From: a virus
Lineage: Duplodnaviria; Heunggongvirae; Uroviricota; Caudoviricetes
Virus record (IMG/VR): IMGVR_UViG_2802429250_000004
Length of the DNA: 41,302 bases
Reading direction: 5' to 3' (one strand)
Positions 29,240 through 39,322 of this stretch are shown here, one piece after another (the stretch's first letter is position 1; the number at the start of each line of letters is the position of its first letter). A model generated the notes under the pieces. The model was given only the letters and a program-made list of their open reading frames with translations. It searched no databases and was not told the DNA's origin. The translations under genes and the position numbers were made by a program.

Positions 29240-30658
29240 ATGCCGATTCAGCAACTTCCGCTTATGAAAGGTGTCGGCAAAGACTTCCGAAACGCCGACT
29301 ATATCGACTATCTGCCAGTGAATATGTTGGCTACACCAAAAGAAATCCTGAACAGCAGCGGATATCTTCGCTCATTCCCGGGCATTGCCAAACGTTCTGA
29401 TGTGAACGGTGTATCTCGCGGCGTCGAGTACAACATGGCGCAGAATGCTGTTTATCGCGTGTGTGGTGGCAAACTGTATAAGGGCGAAAGTGAGGTCGGT
29501 GATGTTGCCGGAAGTGGTCGCGTATCAATGGCGCATGGTCGAACATCACAGGCGGTAGGCGTTAATGGTCAACTGGTCGAGTATCGCTATGATGGCACGG
29601 TTAAAACCGTCTCAAACTGGCCTACAGACAGCGGATTCACGCAGTATGAGTTAGGCTCAGTCCGCGACATTACGCGCTTACGTGGGCGTTATGCGTGGTC
29701 AAAAGACGGAACTGATTCATGGTTCATCACTGACCTTGAAGATGAATCACATCCTGACCGATACAGCGCACAATATCGTGCCGAGTCTCAGCCGGACGGC
29801 ATCATCGGTATCGGGACATGGCGAGACTTCATCGTCTGCTTTGGTTCATCGACTATTGAATATTTCTCCCTTACTGGCGCAACCACCGTTGGTGCCGCTT
29901 TGTATGTCGCACAACCATCGCTGATGGTGCAGAAAGGTATTGCCGGAACCTACTGCAAAACGCCATTCGCTGATTCTTATGCGTTCATCAGCAATCCGGC
30001 AACAGGTGCGCCGTCTGTGTACATCATCGGTTCCGGTCAGGTGTCACCAATCGCCAGCGCGAGCATTGAGAAAATCCTCCGCTCCTACACTGCTGATGAA
30101 CTGGCTGATGGTGTGATGGAATCGCTGCGATTTGATGCTCATGAGTTGCTGATTATCCACCTTCCGCGCCATGTTCTCGTGTACGACGCATCTTCAAGCG
30201 CCAATGGTCCGCAATGGTGTGTGTTGAAAACTGGCTTGTATGACGATGTGTACCGCGCTATCGACTTCATTTACGAAGGCAATCAGATAACGTGCGGCGA
30301 TAAGCTGGAATCCGTGACCGGGAAATTGCAGTTCGATATCAGCAGCCAGTACGACAAGCAGCAGGAACACCTGCTGTTTACTCCGTTGTTCAAAGCGGAT
30401 AACGCCAGAGTTTTCGACCTTGAAGTTGAATCGTCAACTGGAGTTGCGCAGTATGCTGACCGCCTTTTTCTCTCTGCAACCACTGACGGCATCAATTACG
30501 GGCGTGAGCAGATGATTGAGCAGAATGAACCGTTCGTTTACGACAAACGCGTTTTGTGGAAGCGGGTCGGACGCATCAGGAAAAATGTCGGCTTCAAATT
30601 GCGCGTTATCACTAAGTCACCTGTCACTCTCTCAGGCTGCCAGATAAGGATTGAGTAA
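29240..30658 (+). CDS. gp10: Tail accessory protein (P22 gp10-like)
   Basis: 472 aa (same length as P22 gp10), following gp4. Confidence 0.85.
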   Translation: MPIQQLPLMKGVGKDFRNADYIDYLPVNMLATPKEILNSSGYLRSFPGIAKRSDVNGVSRGVEYNMAQNAVYRVCGGKLYKGESEVGDVAGSGRVSMAHGRTSQAVGVNGQLVEYRYDGTVKTVSNWPTDSGFTQYELGSVRDITRLRGRYAWSKDGTDSWFITDLEDESHPDRYSAQYRAESQPDGIIGIGTWRDFIVCFGSSTIEYFSLTGATTVGAALYVAQPSLMVQKGIAGTYCKTPFADSYAFISNPATGAPSVYIIGSGQVSPIASASIEKILRSYTADELADGVMESLRFDAHELLIIHLPRHVLVYDASSSANGPQWCVLKTGLYDDVYRAIDFIYEGNQITCGDKLESVTGKLQFDISSQYDKQQEHLLFTPLFKADNARVFDLEVESSTGVAQYADRLFLSATTDGINYGREQMIEQNEPFVYDKRVLWKRVGRIRKNVGFKLRVITKSPVTLSGCQIRIE

Positions 30659-31359
30659 TGGTTGATTCATCACTGAATGATCCTGTCGTGGTTCAGGCTA
30701 CGCGCCTTGATGCTTCAATTTTGCCACGCAATATATTCAGCCAGTCTTACCTGCTGTATGTCATAAATCAGGGAGCTGATGTCGGTGCAATTGCTGGGAA
30801 GGCAAATCAGGCTGGTCAGGGCGCTTACGATGCCCAGGTAAAAAACGATGAACAGGACGTAGAACTGGCTGATCACGACGCAAGAATCACCGCAAACACA
30901 AAAGCGATAAATCTCCTTGAGGTCAGGTTAACAACCGCCGAAGGGAAGATAGTCGTACTGCGTAGCGATGTTGATTACTTGCTGGATGAGGTTATCGATA
31001 TTCAGGCGCATCTGGTCACTGTTGACCAAAGACTGGATGGCGTAGAAAGCGATGTATCTGACATTAAGAGTGATTACGTATCGAAAACCGTAACAGAATC
31101 GCAGTCTCTTGCGTCACCGCTGGATGTAAAAACATCATATTCAGTTGATGGAATTCAGGTTGTTGGAGCAAGAAATACCGGATGGACTGCAGCCACAGGT
31201 ACACCTCTTCTTGGCTCATTCAACGCTAACCAGTCATACGCGGTCGGCACTACGTACACACAATCCGAAGTCGCGGCTCTCGCTACAGGTTTGCAGCAGG
31301 CGCGGCAGCGTATTCTGGCGCTTGAAACGGCACTTAGATTACATGGGCTGATTGACTGA
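30658..31359 (+). CDS. gp26: Tail needle (P22 gp26-like)
   Basis: 233 aa; N-terminus …[31 protein letters not shown]… and C-terminus …[12 protein letters not shown] match P22 gp26 as recalled. Confidence 0.85.
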   Translation: MVDSSLNDPVVVQATRLDASILPRNIFSQSYLLYVINQGADVGAIAGKANQAGQGAYDAQVKNDEQDVELADHDARITANTKAINLLEVRLTTAEGKIVVLRSDVDYLLDEVIDIQAHLVTVDQRLDGVESDVSDIKSDYVSKTVTESQSLASPLDVKTSYSVDGIQVVGARNTGWTAATGTPLLGSFNANQSYAVGTTYTQSEVAALATGLQQARQRILALETALRLHGLID

Positions 31360-31814
31360 TGATTACATTCAAACCAACGCGAAACATCGACCTGATAGAA
31401 GCAGTCGGAAATCACCCTGACATTATCGCTGGTAGCAACAACGGTGATGGATACGACTACAAACCTGAATGCCGTTACTTTGAAGTGAATGTGCACGGGC
31501 AGTTCGGCGGCATTGTTTACTATCAGGAGATTCAGCCGCTGACATTCGATTGCCACGCCATGTACCTGCCAGAGATTCGCGGCTTCAGCAAGGAAATCGG
31601 GCTGGCGTTCTGGCGATACATTCTGACCAACACCACCGTTCAGTGCGTCACATCGTTCGCTGCGCGCAAATTCCGCCACGGTCAGATGTACTGCGCAATG
31701 ATTGGCCTTAAGCGTGTAGGAACCATCAAGAAATACTTCAAAGGCGTGGATGACGTGACTTTTTACAGCGCAACACGCGAAGAACTAATCGACTTCCTGA
31801 ATCACGGGAGATAG
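31359..31814 (+). CDS. gp14: Head assembly protein (P22 gp14-like)
   Basis: 151 aa in the conserved P22 order after gp26. Confidence 0.8.
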   Translation: MITFKPTRNIDLIEAVGNHPDIIAGSNNGDGYDYKPECRYFEVNVHGQFGGIVYYQEIQPLTFDCHAMYLPEIRGFSKEIGLAFWRYILTNTTVQCVTSFAARKFRHGQMYCAMIGLKRVGTIKKYFKGVDDVTFYSATREELIDFLNHGR

Positions 31815-31816
31815 CC

Positions 31817-32506
31817 ATGTTATATGCATTTAAGCTGGGCAGAAAACTGCGCGGCGAGGAACCTTATTACCCTGAAAAAGGCGGGAAAGGTGGCTCCGAT
31901 AAAAGCGCAAAGTATGCAGCAGAAGCCCAGAAGTATGTCGCAGACCTGCAAAATCAGCAGTTCAACACCATCATGAACAACCTGAAGCCGTTTACTCCTC
32001 TGGCTGAGAAGTATGTCGGCAGCCTCGAGAACTTATCGTCTCTGGAAGGGCAAGGTCAGGCACTTAACCAGTATTACAACTCTCAGCAGTACAAAGACCT
32101 TGCAGGTCAGGCTCGCTATCAGAGTCTGGCGGCAGCGGAAGCAACAGGTGGATTGGGTTCCACCGCAACCAGTAATCAGTTAGCAACAATCGCACCAACG
32201 CTTGGTCAGCAATGGCTATCTGGTCAGATGAACAACTACCAGAATCTGGCAAATATTGGTCTTGGCGCACTGCAAGGTCAGGCAAACGCCGGGCAAACAT
32301 ATGCCAACAACATGAGCAGCATTGCACAGCAAAGCGCAGCACTTGCCGCTGCTAATGCCAATAAACCATCAGGTCTTCAGACAGCAATTAGCGGCGGCAC
32401 GTCTGGTGCGATTGCCGGTGCAGGTCTTGCCAGCCTTTTGGGAACATCAACACCTTGGGGCGCTGGCATTGGTGCTGGTATCGGATTGCTTGGCTCGTTG
32501 TTTTAA
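31817..32506 (+). CDS. gp7: Ejection protein (P22 gp7-like)
   Basis: 229 aa (same length as P22 gp7); Gln/Ala-rich with a Gly-rich C-terminal tail. Confidence 0.8.
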   Translation: MLYAFKLGRKLRGEEPYYPEKGGKGGSDKSAKYAAEAQKYVADLQNQQFNTIMNNLKPFTPLAEKYVGSLENLSSLEGQGQALNQYYNSQQYKDLAGQARYQSLAAAEATGGLGSTATSNQLATIAPTLGQQWLSGQMNNYQNLANIGLGALQGQANAGQTYANNMSSIAQQSAALAAANANKPSGLQTAISGGTSGAIAGAGLASLLGTSTPWGAGIGAGIGLLGSLF

Positions 32507-32516
32507 GGGGTAATCA

Positions 32517-33902
32517 ATGGCTACGTGGCAACAGGGTATTAATTCTGGTGGTTTTCTGGCTGGCATCGGTGCGCAAAATGAGAATGCGCCAAAGGCAAGC
32601 GACATTAACGCAACGCTTGGTCTGATCCGCGAAAACAATGAACTGGCTCGCTCAGGTGCAAATAACGTTGGCCTGACCGCGTTACGTGGTCTGGCTGGAG
32701 TTGCTGATATTTACAATCAGGAACAGCAACAGAAAGCTATTAGTGCGTTCAATAAGGTTCACGCTGATGCATGGGCTTCTGGTGATCCATCTGGACTATT
32801 TAAGTTTGCCCAGGAAAATCCAGCGTTTATTGCACAGGCACAACAGGCGTTTTCCGGTCTTAATGATCAGCAACGCAACGATATGGGCGATTTAGCCATG
32901 AGGGCTAACGTCGCTCTTTCTCAGGGACCGGAAGCCTACAGTAAATTCATTACTGACAACAAGGACAGGTTAAATCGCGTTGGTGCTAATGCTGACTGGA
33001 TGATTCAGACAGGTATCCAGAATCCAGAGCAGTTATCACACATGCTGACTACTATGTCTCTCGGTGCGCTTGGACCAGAAAAGGCGTTTGCTGTTCAGGA
33101 TAAGATGGTTGGTCGCCAGCAGGAGCAGCAAAGAATTAACGAAACCATTCGCAATAATGACATGACGAATGCGAGGGCTATTAGGGGGCAAAACCTTTCC
33201 TATCAGTCTGCAATGACCGGACACGGACTTGCAGCAGAAAGACTGGCACTTGATAAGCAGAAATTCGGTTTTGAAGTACAACAGGCACAAAAAAAGGCCG
33301 AGGAACTTATTAATGCAGCGCCAAAATTATCAGTGAACATGGAAAAGGCTATAGAAAAATCAGCAGGTGATGCGGCAGCTAGTCGTAATGCTGCCGATTC
33401 AATGACAACGCTCGCTGACACGCTGGAGAAGGAGAAGCCAACTCCTGGTTTGTTCGGTAACGCTGAAAATATGTTCTCTAAGCTTACGGGGCAAGATAAC
33501 TACCTCCGAGATATGCGGATTAGATTCAACCAACTAGCCAATGCGCAGGCAACCAAGCTTCTCCCTCCCGGCCCTGCATCAGATAAGGATATTGAGTTTG
33601 CAAGGAAAGGCATTCCAAGCGAAACGGATAATCCAATGGTCATGGCTCGATGGTTAAGGGGTATGGCAAAAATGGAAAGTAATAACGCGAAGTTCAACGA
33701 GTTTAGGTCGGAGTGGATGAGTGCAAATGGCAGCCCAGGACAATCTGATCGCAACCGAAACATCATGGGGATGGATGTTAAGAAGGGTGAATCATTGAAC
33801 TCTGCGGCAAAACGTTTTCTTTCCTCAAGTTATGGCGATAGCCAACCTCAACAGCAATTGTCCGATGACGAATTAATTAGCAAATATCTCGGAGGGCAGT
33901 AA
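32517..33902 (+). CDS. gp20: Ejection protein (P22 gp20-like)
   Basis: 461 aa in the conserved position. Confidence 0.8.
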   Translation: MATWQQGINSGGFLAGIGAQNENAPKASDINATLGLIRENNELARSGANNVGLTALRGLAGVADIYNQEQQQKAISAFNKVHADAWASGDPSGLFKFAQENPAFIAQAQQAFSGLNDQQRNDMGDLAMRANVALSQGPEAYSKFITDNKDRLNRVGANADWMIQTGIQNPEQLSHMLTTMSLGALGPEKAFAVQDKMVGRQQEQQRINETIRNNDMTNARAIRGQNLSYQSAMTGHGLAAERLALDKQKFGFEVQQAQKKAEELINAAPKLSVNMEKAIEKSAGDAAASRNAADSMTTLADTLEKEKPTPGLFGNAENMFSKLTGQDNYLRDMRIRFNQLANAQATKLLPPGPASDKDIEFARKGIPSETDNPMVMARWLRGMAKMESNNAKFNEFRSEWMSANGSPGQSDRNRNIMGMDVKKGESLNSAAKRFLSSSYGDSQPQQQLSDDELISKYLGGQ

Positions 33903-35812
33903 TGGCTTATAGTCGTGAACAGTTGATGACAGCATTAAGGAACGCTGATGCGGCAGGCGATACAGAAGGAGCGCGTCGCATTGCTCAGATTCTGTCCTCC
34001 AGTAATCAACCAACTCAAAACCAAAAGCAGCCTGTAGAACAGCAAGATGGATTTATGTCTGACCTCGGCGAAGCAGTAAAAGAAACTGGTCGCGGACTGG
34101 TGCAGGCTGGTGTAAATGTGGCAAATATACCAGCATCAGTTGCCGATGCTGTAACAAGCGCGGCGGCATGGGCTGGCGGTAAACTCGGTATTGGCGATGG
34201 AACATATCAACCAGCGCCACGAGTAACAACTCAGGGATTAGAGCAGGCGTTTGGACTTCAGCAAGGTGCTCTGACTCCACAAACGACAGAAGGTAGGGTG
34301 TTTGCGGAGGCATTGCCTTACCTGGCTACTGTTGGCGTTGGCGGCGCTTCAACTCAGGCGCCAACACTTGCTGGTCGAATTACTCAAGGCGCAGCCCGTC
34401 TTCTGGCAGAAAACGCAGTCGGATCGCTCGCCGCAAACAGTGAGAAAAATGATGCGGGAAAACTGGCAACAGATATAGGTGTTGGCATGCTAACAGGTGG
34501 TGCTGTTAATACTGTTGCAAAAGGGCTTGAGCGTGGAATAACTGCCTTTAAAGGTGATATTGCACCAGAAGTGGCGAAGAAAATTGCCACATCAGAATCG
34601 ATGGGCGTGACACCAATGACATCTGATGTAATCCCGCCGAAAAATGCTTTCACTCGTGGTCTTACTCAGGATGCTGAGGGTGCTTTGCTGGGAACAGGCT
34701 CAAAGCGAGCTGAGCAGTATGCAAAAAGAAGTCAGCTAGTTAAAAAACAGCTTGAGAAATATGGTGAATATAGCCCATCAGTTGTTGTTGACGATCTGTA
34801 TGGTTCTCTGAAGTCAAGGAAGGATTCGGCCGGAAGCGTTATTGAAGACATTACAGCCAAAATGGGAGACACACCAGTTGACACATCAAAATCTATTAAG
34901 GTTATCGACAACGTACTTACCAGAGCTAATAGGCTTGGGAAAGTGGCAAATAAGGATTTGATTCGCGGGTTATCCGATTTGCGAGAAGAACTTGCTAAAC
35001 CAGATATAGATTTTGGTCTATTGAGAGAGTTGCGGTCAGCCTTGAGGGAAAGTATTCAGGGAGATGCCATGGTTTTTCCTAATAGCGCGAAAGCCGCAAC
35101 TGATGCCGTGGAGAGGGCAATGGGGGCAGATTTGAGGAATAACGCAGCGCGGTATTTGGGGGCTGGAGAGGCCGCCAGATACGTCAAAGCAAACTCTGAC
35201 TACTCCAACGTCTTCAATAAGGTTCTTAATAAAAGGATTGCGAATAATCTCAACAAAGCTAAAAAAGAGTTTACTCCAGAGCTAATAAACAGCGTTGTAT
35301 TCAGCAGAAAACCATCAGATATTAAGAGGATATGGCCAGCTCTTAGTGAAGATGGAAAGAACGCTATGCGTGCTGCTTATATCAGCAAGATTGCAGAAAA
35401 AGCAGGAGACTCGCCAACAAAATTTCTTACCGAGTTAAATAAGTTGAAGTCGCAATCTGACGGTCAGATCTATAACACGATATTCAGTGGGAGACACATG
35501 AAAGAGCTTGATGCTCTTCATGAAGTTCTACAGCAAACAGCAAGGTCGGACGCCGCAAATGTAGTAACACAGACAGGACAATCGCAAGCTAACAGGATTA
35601 GAACGATTGGCGCAACTGCAACCCTTGGTGTATCACTGGGACTTGAGGCTGGTTTCGGTGCAATCATGCGCTTGTATGAGTCCAAAGCAGCAAGGAATGC
35701 TCTCTTACGTCTGGCAAACACTAAAGCTGGAACGCCAGCATATGAAAGAGCGCTGAATAACGCTGCGAATGCCATCAGGCCGCTGCTTGCCACTGAGGCA
35801 ACACAGCAGTAA
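33902..35812 (+). CDS. gp16: Ejection protein (P22 gp16-like)
   Basis: 636 aa in the conserved position; Ala/Gly-rich. Confidence 0.8.
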   Translation: MAYSREQLMTALRNADAAGDTEGARRIAQILSSSNQPTQNQKQPVEQQDGFMSDLGEAVKETGRGLVQAGVNVANIPASVADAVTSAAAWAGGKLGIGDGTYQPAPRVTTQGLEQAFGLQQGALTPQTTEGRVFAEALPYLATVGVGGASTQAPTLAGRITQGAARLLAENAVGSLAANSEKNDAGKLATDIGVGMLTGGAVNTVAKGLERGITAFKGDIAPEVAKKIATSESMGVTPMTSDVIPPKNAFTRGLTQDAEGALLGTGSKRAEQYAKRSQLVKKQLEKYGEYSPSVVVDDLYGSLKSRKDSAGSVIEDITAKMGDTPVDTSKSIKVIDNVLTRANRLGKVANKDLIRGLSDLREELAKPDIDFGLLRELRSALRESIQGDAMVFPNSAKAATDAVERAMGADLRNNAARYLGAGEAARYVKANSDYSNVFNKVLNKRIANNLNKAKKEFTPELINSVVFSRKPSDIKRIWPALSEDGKNAMRAAYISKIAEKAGDSPTKFLTELNKLKSQSDGQIYNTIFSGRHMKELDALHEVLQQTARSDAANVVTQTGQSQANRIRTIGATATLGVSLGLEAGFGAIMRLYESKAARNALLRLANTKAGTPAYERALNNAANAIRPLLATEATQQ

Positions 35813-35836
35813 CGTATTGGAAATTGGATTCAATCG

Positions 35837-36226
35837 CTAACATTTTCTTTTTACTTTTCCAACAAAAGCTTTGGTTGAATCCATATTTCCATAACCGGAA
35901 ATGGTTTTTGACATTAAAACTGTTCCAGTAGGATGTATTACCCATGAGTCGATAACGCGTTGAGTTTCGCCATTCGCGCCGATTCCTATGATGGAGTTTT
36001 TAGACAATACTTTGTAAGCCATGCCGCCCGCATCTGTCCCAGAATATGTGATGCTAGCATCTTCACCGCTTGTCTTAATGATGAATGTTCCACTAAAACC
36101 ATCTTCTTCCGGATGGAAATTATTTCGTTCTGAATAGCTTATTCCGCGCATATCTCCAACGACCCAGCACTCTGCTGTAGCCCCAAAAGATATGAATAAG
36201 AACATAGCAGCAAGAAATTGCTTCAC
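35837..36226 (-). CDS. Secreted (periplasmic) protein of unknown function, at the P22 sieA position
   Basis: GTG start at 36224-36226 with AAGGAGG 5 nt upstream; N-terminal signal peptide MKQFLAAMFLFISFGATA followed by about 110 mature residues; convergent with gp16. Confidence 0.5.
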   Translation of the reverse strand: MKQFLAAMFLFISFGATAECWVVGDMRGISYSERNNFHPEEDGFSGTFIIKTSGEDASITYSGTDAGGMAYKVLSKNSIIGIGANGETQRVIDSWVIHPTGTVLMSKTISGYGNMDSTKAFVGKVKRKC

Positions 36227-36256
36227 ACCAACCTCCTTAGTTTTGCGCAGGATACC

Positions 36257-36622
36257 ATGAAAAAAGTTAACATTGGAAACGTACCAAAGATGCTCGTACC
36301 GCTCTTTGAGAGCGGTACGATTGTATTTTGCAGAGACTTTCCAGAATGGCAACGCCTGCATCAAAAACTTGGCGTGGACGTGCGGGACTCGGATGCCAAC
36401 GGAGCGTCTCATACAATGAGCAGCGAGAATGGTGTTTTGCATGTGATAGGTGTGTTCAATGGCAAACTATCTACTATTGCCCATGAGTGCGCTCACATGG
36501 CATTCGATATCTGCTCGAGGGTCGGTGTTGATGTTGAACCAGGAAGAGCCAACGAGACTTACTGCTACTTAATGAGCAGGCTTGTTGAGTTCTGCGAGCG
36601 ACATATCAAAAAGCCGGAGTGA
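36257..36622 (+). CDS. Small HExxH-motif protein (putative zinc metallopeptidase-like)
   Basis: 121 aa from ATG 36257; contains IAHECAHMAFD (HExxH) with a downstream Glu; divergent from the secreted protein gene with about a 30-bp gap. Confidence 0.5.
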   Translation: MKKVNIGNVPKMLVPLFESGTIVFCRDFPEWQRLHQKLGVDVRDSDANGASHTMSSENGVLHVIGVFNGKLSTIAHECAHMAFDICSRVGVDVEPGRANETYCYLMSRLVEFCERHIKKPE

Positions 36623-36635
36623 ACCGGCTTGATTA

Positions 36636-36815
36636 TTACTTTTTGCTGTCTGGAGTTCGCTTATCCAATACCCAGCCATGACCTGGCTTTGTTGTTGGCG
36701 GAAGCCTTTCGTTGTCCTTGACGGTGGCAAAATTGTCTTTCTTACCGCCGCGCGGGCCAACTTCTTGGTATATTCCGCCGTTTTTTCCTGTGTTTTCACC
36801 TGGTTTTTTCGCCAT
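36636..36815 (-). CDS. YjzC-like small protein
   Basis: 59 aa MAKKPGENTGKNGGIYQEVGPRGGKKDNFATVKDNERLPPTTKPGHGWVLDKRTP… with a G-x-Y-x-E-x-G … W pattern reminiscent of the YjzC family; GAGGT RBS. Confidence 0.45.
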   Translation of the reverse strand: MAKKPGENTGKNGGIYQEVGPRGGKKDNFATVKDNERLPPTTKPGHGWVLDKRTPDSKK

Positions 36816-36905
36816 GATATACCTCAACATGCACCCGTTATTGGGCGATTAAATATTGATCTCATTTTATGAGTAGTCAATATGGTCCAAAAAAGGCAAA
36901 AATTA

Positions 36906-36928
36906 ACCCACCTTCAGGTGGGTTTTTT
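36906..36928. terminator. Bidirectional intrinsic terminator
   Basis: Perfect 7-bp stem ACCCACC/GGTGGGT with loop TTCA, flanked by T-runs on both strands; about 30 nt past the ClpP-like stop. Confidence 0.5.
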
Positions 36929-36953
36929 ATAAGGAGTAATCATGATTTACCCA

Positions 36954-37490
36954 TCAAACAACCCACCAGTTTGCCTGATTGGATACCAGCCTTGCAGTTT
37001 TTATGGAATTAATTATGCCATGCTCAAGAGCCTTGTTAGCATCCAAAATGGTCGAGTCTGCTATCAGGGATGCCCACCTAATATGGGTTCCGATGTCGAT
37101 ATTGAACGTCTCAACGAAGCGATCAAGATCGTTATCGAGGCATTTCCCGTACTCTCTCAATCTGGCATGGTCGGCGGCTGGGGTGGCAAAGCCCCATAAT
37201 AGAGGATGTAACAGGAATCTTGATAATGGGTTTGCGAAACGTTCTGAGCCAGCGAGGAAAACGATATTAGCTATGGATTCAATATTGCTTATGTTGTGAG
37301 TTCTAACGGTAACAGGGAGTGACTTAAGAAAGTTATACGCAGTAAAGCCAGCGGCAGTTTCCCCTCCCTGACTTGATATATGGATATTTAATTCAGTTGC
37401 GCCTTGAGATAATGCGGTGAGACAGTGGTTCTGAAGTTGCCCAACAGTGGCAGTATTAACGGGGCATAAGAAATGAATTGTGTGCAGCAT
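36954..37490 (-). CDS. ClpP-family serine peptidase-like protein, translationally coupled to mnt
   Basis: 178 aa; aligns by eye along most of ClpP: …ISSQGGETAAGFTAYNFL… (ClpP INSPGGVITAGMSIYDTM), …ESIANIVFLAGSERFANPLSRFLLHP… (ClpP …[30 protein letters not shown]) and …ADSTILDANKALEHGIINSI (ClpP …DRFLSAPEAVEYGLVDSI); Ser/His/Asp candidates present; its ATG overlaps the mnt stop (TAATG). Confidence 0.65.
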   Translation of the reverse strand: MLHTIHFLCPVNTATVGQLQNHCLTALSQGATELNIHISSQGGETAAGFTAYNFLKSLPVTVRTHNISNIESIANIVFLAGSERFANPLSRFLLHPLLWGFATPAADHARLREYGKCLDNDLDRFVETFNIDIGTHIRWASLIADSTILDANKALEHGIINSIKTARLVSNQANWWVV

Positions 37491-37741
37491 TATTTTTCAT
37501 CCTTACCATACATGGTCTTTAGCGTCTCAACATCATGTTCAAGATCTATCAATCGTGATGCTATAGTTGCAAGGTCTAGTGCTTGAATGTGTTTATTTTT
37601 TTCGGTCCATGCTTCAAGTGCCGCGACCATCTCAGCATTTAATGAACGAGAATTAGCCTCAGCCAGTTCAATAAGACGTTCCTTTATCTCTACAGGAAGC
37701 CTCAGATTCACTTGAGGGTTTTTGTACTTACGATCAGACAT
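37490..37741 (-). CDS. mnt: Mnt-like ribbon-helix-helix repressor
   Basis: 83 aa from ATG 37739-37741 (same length as P22 Mnt); N-terminal RHH …VNLRLPVEIKERLIELAEANSRSLNAEMVAAL… parallels P22 Mnt (…FNFRMPMEVREKLKFRAEANGRSMNSELLQIV…); divergent from arc. Confidence 0.7.
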   Translation of the reverse strand: MSDRKYKNPQVNLRLPVEIKERLIELAEANSRSLNAEMVAALEAWTEKNKHIQALDLATIASRLIDLEHDVETLKTMYGKDEK

Positions 37742-37846
37742 CGGCACATCCTGAATAATTTTTTACCACAGGATATGTAGGTATCTATTGACTATCAATG
37801 CGTACCTAAATACTATGTATGCGTACCACATACAACGGAGGATGCA
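37742..37846. promoter_or_regulatory. immI control region (divergent Pmnt/Pant with operator candidates)
   Basis: Intergenic region between divergent mnt and arc containing the palindrome ATTGACTATCAAT and a duplicated ATGCGTACC element. Confidence 0.4.
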
Positions 37847-37987
37847 ATGAAGGTAAAAACACTGCGTATGCCAGAGAAGTTAGAAAAAATCCTTGAAGAG
37901 AAAGCAAAGGAAGAGTGTCGCTCATTTAGCGCAGAAGTAATTAAACGAGTGTTGGACAGTCTGAAGAGGGAGGGGATAACGGTGTGA
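37847..37987 (+). CDS. arc: Arc-like ribbon-helix-helix repressor
   Basis: 46 aa MKVKTLRMPEKLEKILEEKAKEECRSFSAEVIKRVLDSLKREGITV, paralleling P22 Arc (…FNLRWPREVLDLVRKVAEENGRSVNSEIYQRVMESFKKEGRI…); GGAGG RBS. Confidence 0.7.
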   Translation: MKVKTLRMPEKLEKILEEKAKEECRSFSAEVIKRVLDSLKREGITV

Positions 37988-38220
37988 TTCGCTTGGATGC
38001 AGTAGTCAAAGAGATTGCGATTACCATTTTAAGACCAAATTTTGTTCATGGCGAATCATTTGGCACGAACGAAAAATTGAGAAGAGAAAGAGTATTCAGT
38101 GGCAAGCGCACGTTTTCAGAAGTGATGCTTGATGCAGCAAAGAAATCAAAACAGTGAAGCCCCAACTGCGGCAACAGTCAGGGCTTCGGTATCGTAAAAC
38201 CACGCATAGGAATTAACGAC

Positions 38221-39144
38221 ATGAAAAGTATAGCAACAGCAGTATCTACTATCAATGTACCATTCCACGGCGCAGAGCTTTATGTTGTCAATCACAACGG
38301 CGAACCGTATACCCCAATGAAACCTATCGTTGAGGGAATGGGTATGGATTGGGCTTCACAGTTTACAAAGTTAAAACAAAGATTTGCTAAAGGTATTGTG
38401 GAAATCGCAATACCTTCAGTTGGCGGTGTGCAGACCATGATTTGCCTTGCTTTACGTAAACTGAATGGCTGGCTGCAAACCATCAGTCCAAACAAAGTAC
38501 GCCCTGAAATCCGCGACAAGGTAATCCAGTATCAGGAAGAGTGTGACGATGTGCTATACGAGTACTGGACTAAAGGTCATGTAGTTAACCCACGCAAAGC
38601 TAAAAAGGCGTTGCCGGGTAAAATCACCACTGAACAGCAGGAAGCCATTAAACAACTCGTCATGAGTCGCGGTCAGTCTCTGCCAAAAGAAAAACAGGCG
38701 AAGGCGATGATCACCATGTGGTCGTCACTGAAATCCCATTTTGGATGTTCGTACAAAGAAATCAGTGAGGAGCAGTTTACCGAAGCACTGTCACTTGCTG
38801 CTCGCGTTCCGCTTGAAGGAGAGTTCATCGGCAAACAAGATAAGAAAACCAACGAGCTTTCTGCAAAAGAAGCAAACAGTCTTGTATGGTTATGGGATTA
38901 TGCCAACCGCTCACAGGCATTATTCCGCGAATTGTATCCGGCGCTAAAACAAATTCAATCGAACTATTCCGGCAGATGCTACGACTATGGTCATGAGTTC
39001 TCGTATGTTATCGGAATGGCGAGAGACGTTTTAATCAATCACACACGAGATGTTGATATCAATGAGCCAGACGGACCAACGAATCTTTCCGCATGGATGA
39101 GACTTAAGAATAAAGAATTACCTCCTTCAATACATAACTACTGA
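38221..39144 (+). CDS. ant: Antirepressor (AntA-domain)
   Basis: 307 aa; N-terminal …[39 protein letters not shown]… typical of the AntA/AntB antirepressor N-terminal domain; downstream of arc as in P22 immI. Confidence 0.7.
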   Translation: MKSIATAVSTINVPFHGAELYVVNHNGEPYTPMKPIVEGMGMDWASQFTKLKQRFAKGIVEIAIPSVGGVQTMICLALRKLNGWLQTISPNKVRPEIRDKVIQYQEECDDVLYEYWTKGHVVNPRKAKKALPGKITTEQQEAIKQLVMSRGQSLPKEKQAKAMITMWSSLKSHFGCSYKEISEEQFTEALSLAARVPLEGEFIGKQDKKTNELSAKEANSLVWLWDYANRSQALFRELYPALKQIQSNYSGRCYDYGHEFSYVIGMARDVLINHTRDVDINEPDGPTNLSAWMRLKNKELPPSIHNY

Positions 39145-39163
39145 CAGATAACCAACGCAACGA

Positions 39164-39188
39164 CCCAGCTTCGGCTGGGTTTTTTTAT
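39164..39188 (+). terminator. Intrinsic terminator after ant
   Basis: Stem CCCAGC/GCTGGG with loop TTCG followed by TTTTTTTT. Confidence 0.65.
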
Positions 39189-39322
39189 GCCCAAAATTCA
39201 CCGCAGCAACTAAGCGGCGATGGCCTTGATGGATAGCACTACGAAATTTTCGTAGTTCAAAAACCAAACAAATCCCAACCGTAGCCATGCTGCGGCGATT
39301 CCTTGTATCTGGAGCAAATTAA

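Noticed and set aside
31155-31679. 174-aa minus-strand ORF
   Set aside because: Antisense to gp26/gp14 within the tightly packed structural operon.
36942-37199. 85-aa plus-strand ORF with a strong AAGGAG RBS, antisense to the ClpP-like gene
   Set aside because: The opposite-strand 178-aa ORF aligns along its length to ClpP and is translationally coupled to mnt; the plus-strand translation is Cys/Pro/Gly-rich with no domain. Not fully excluded; ribosome profiling would settle it.
37984-38157. 57-aa GTG-start ORF between arc and ant
   Set aside because: No RBS and no recognisable features; this gap may instead hold regulatory RNA or sites, as in P22 immI.
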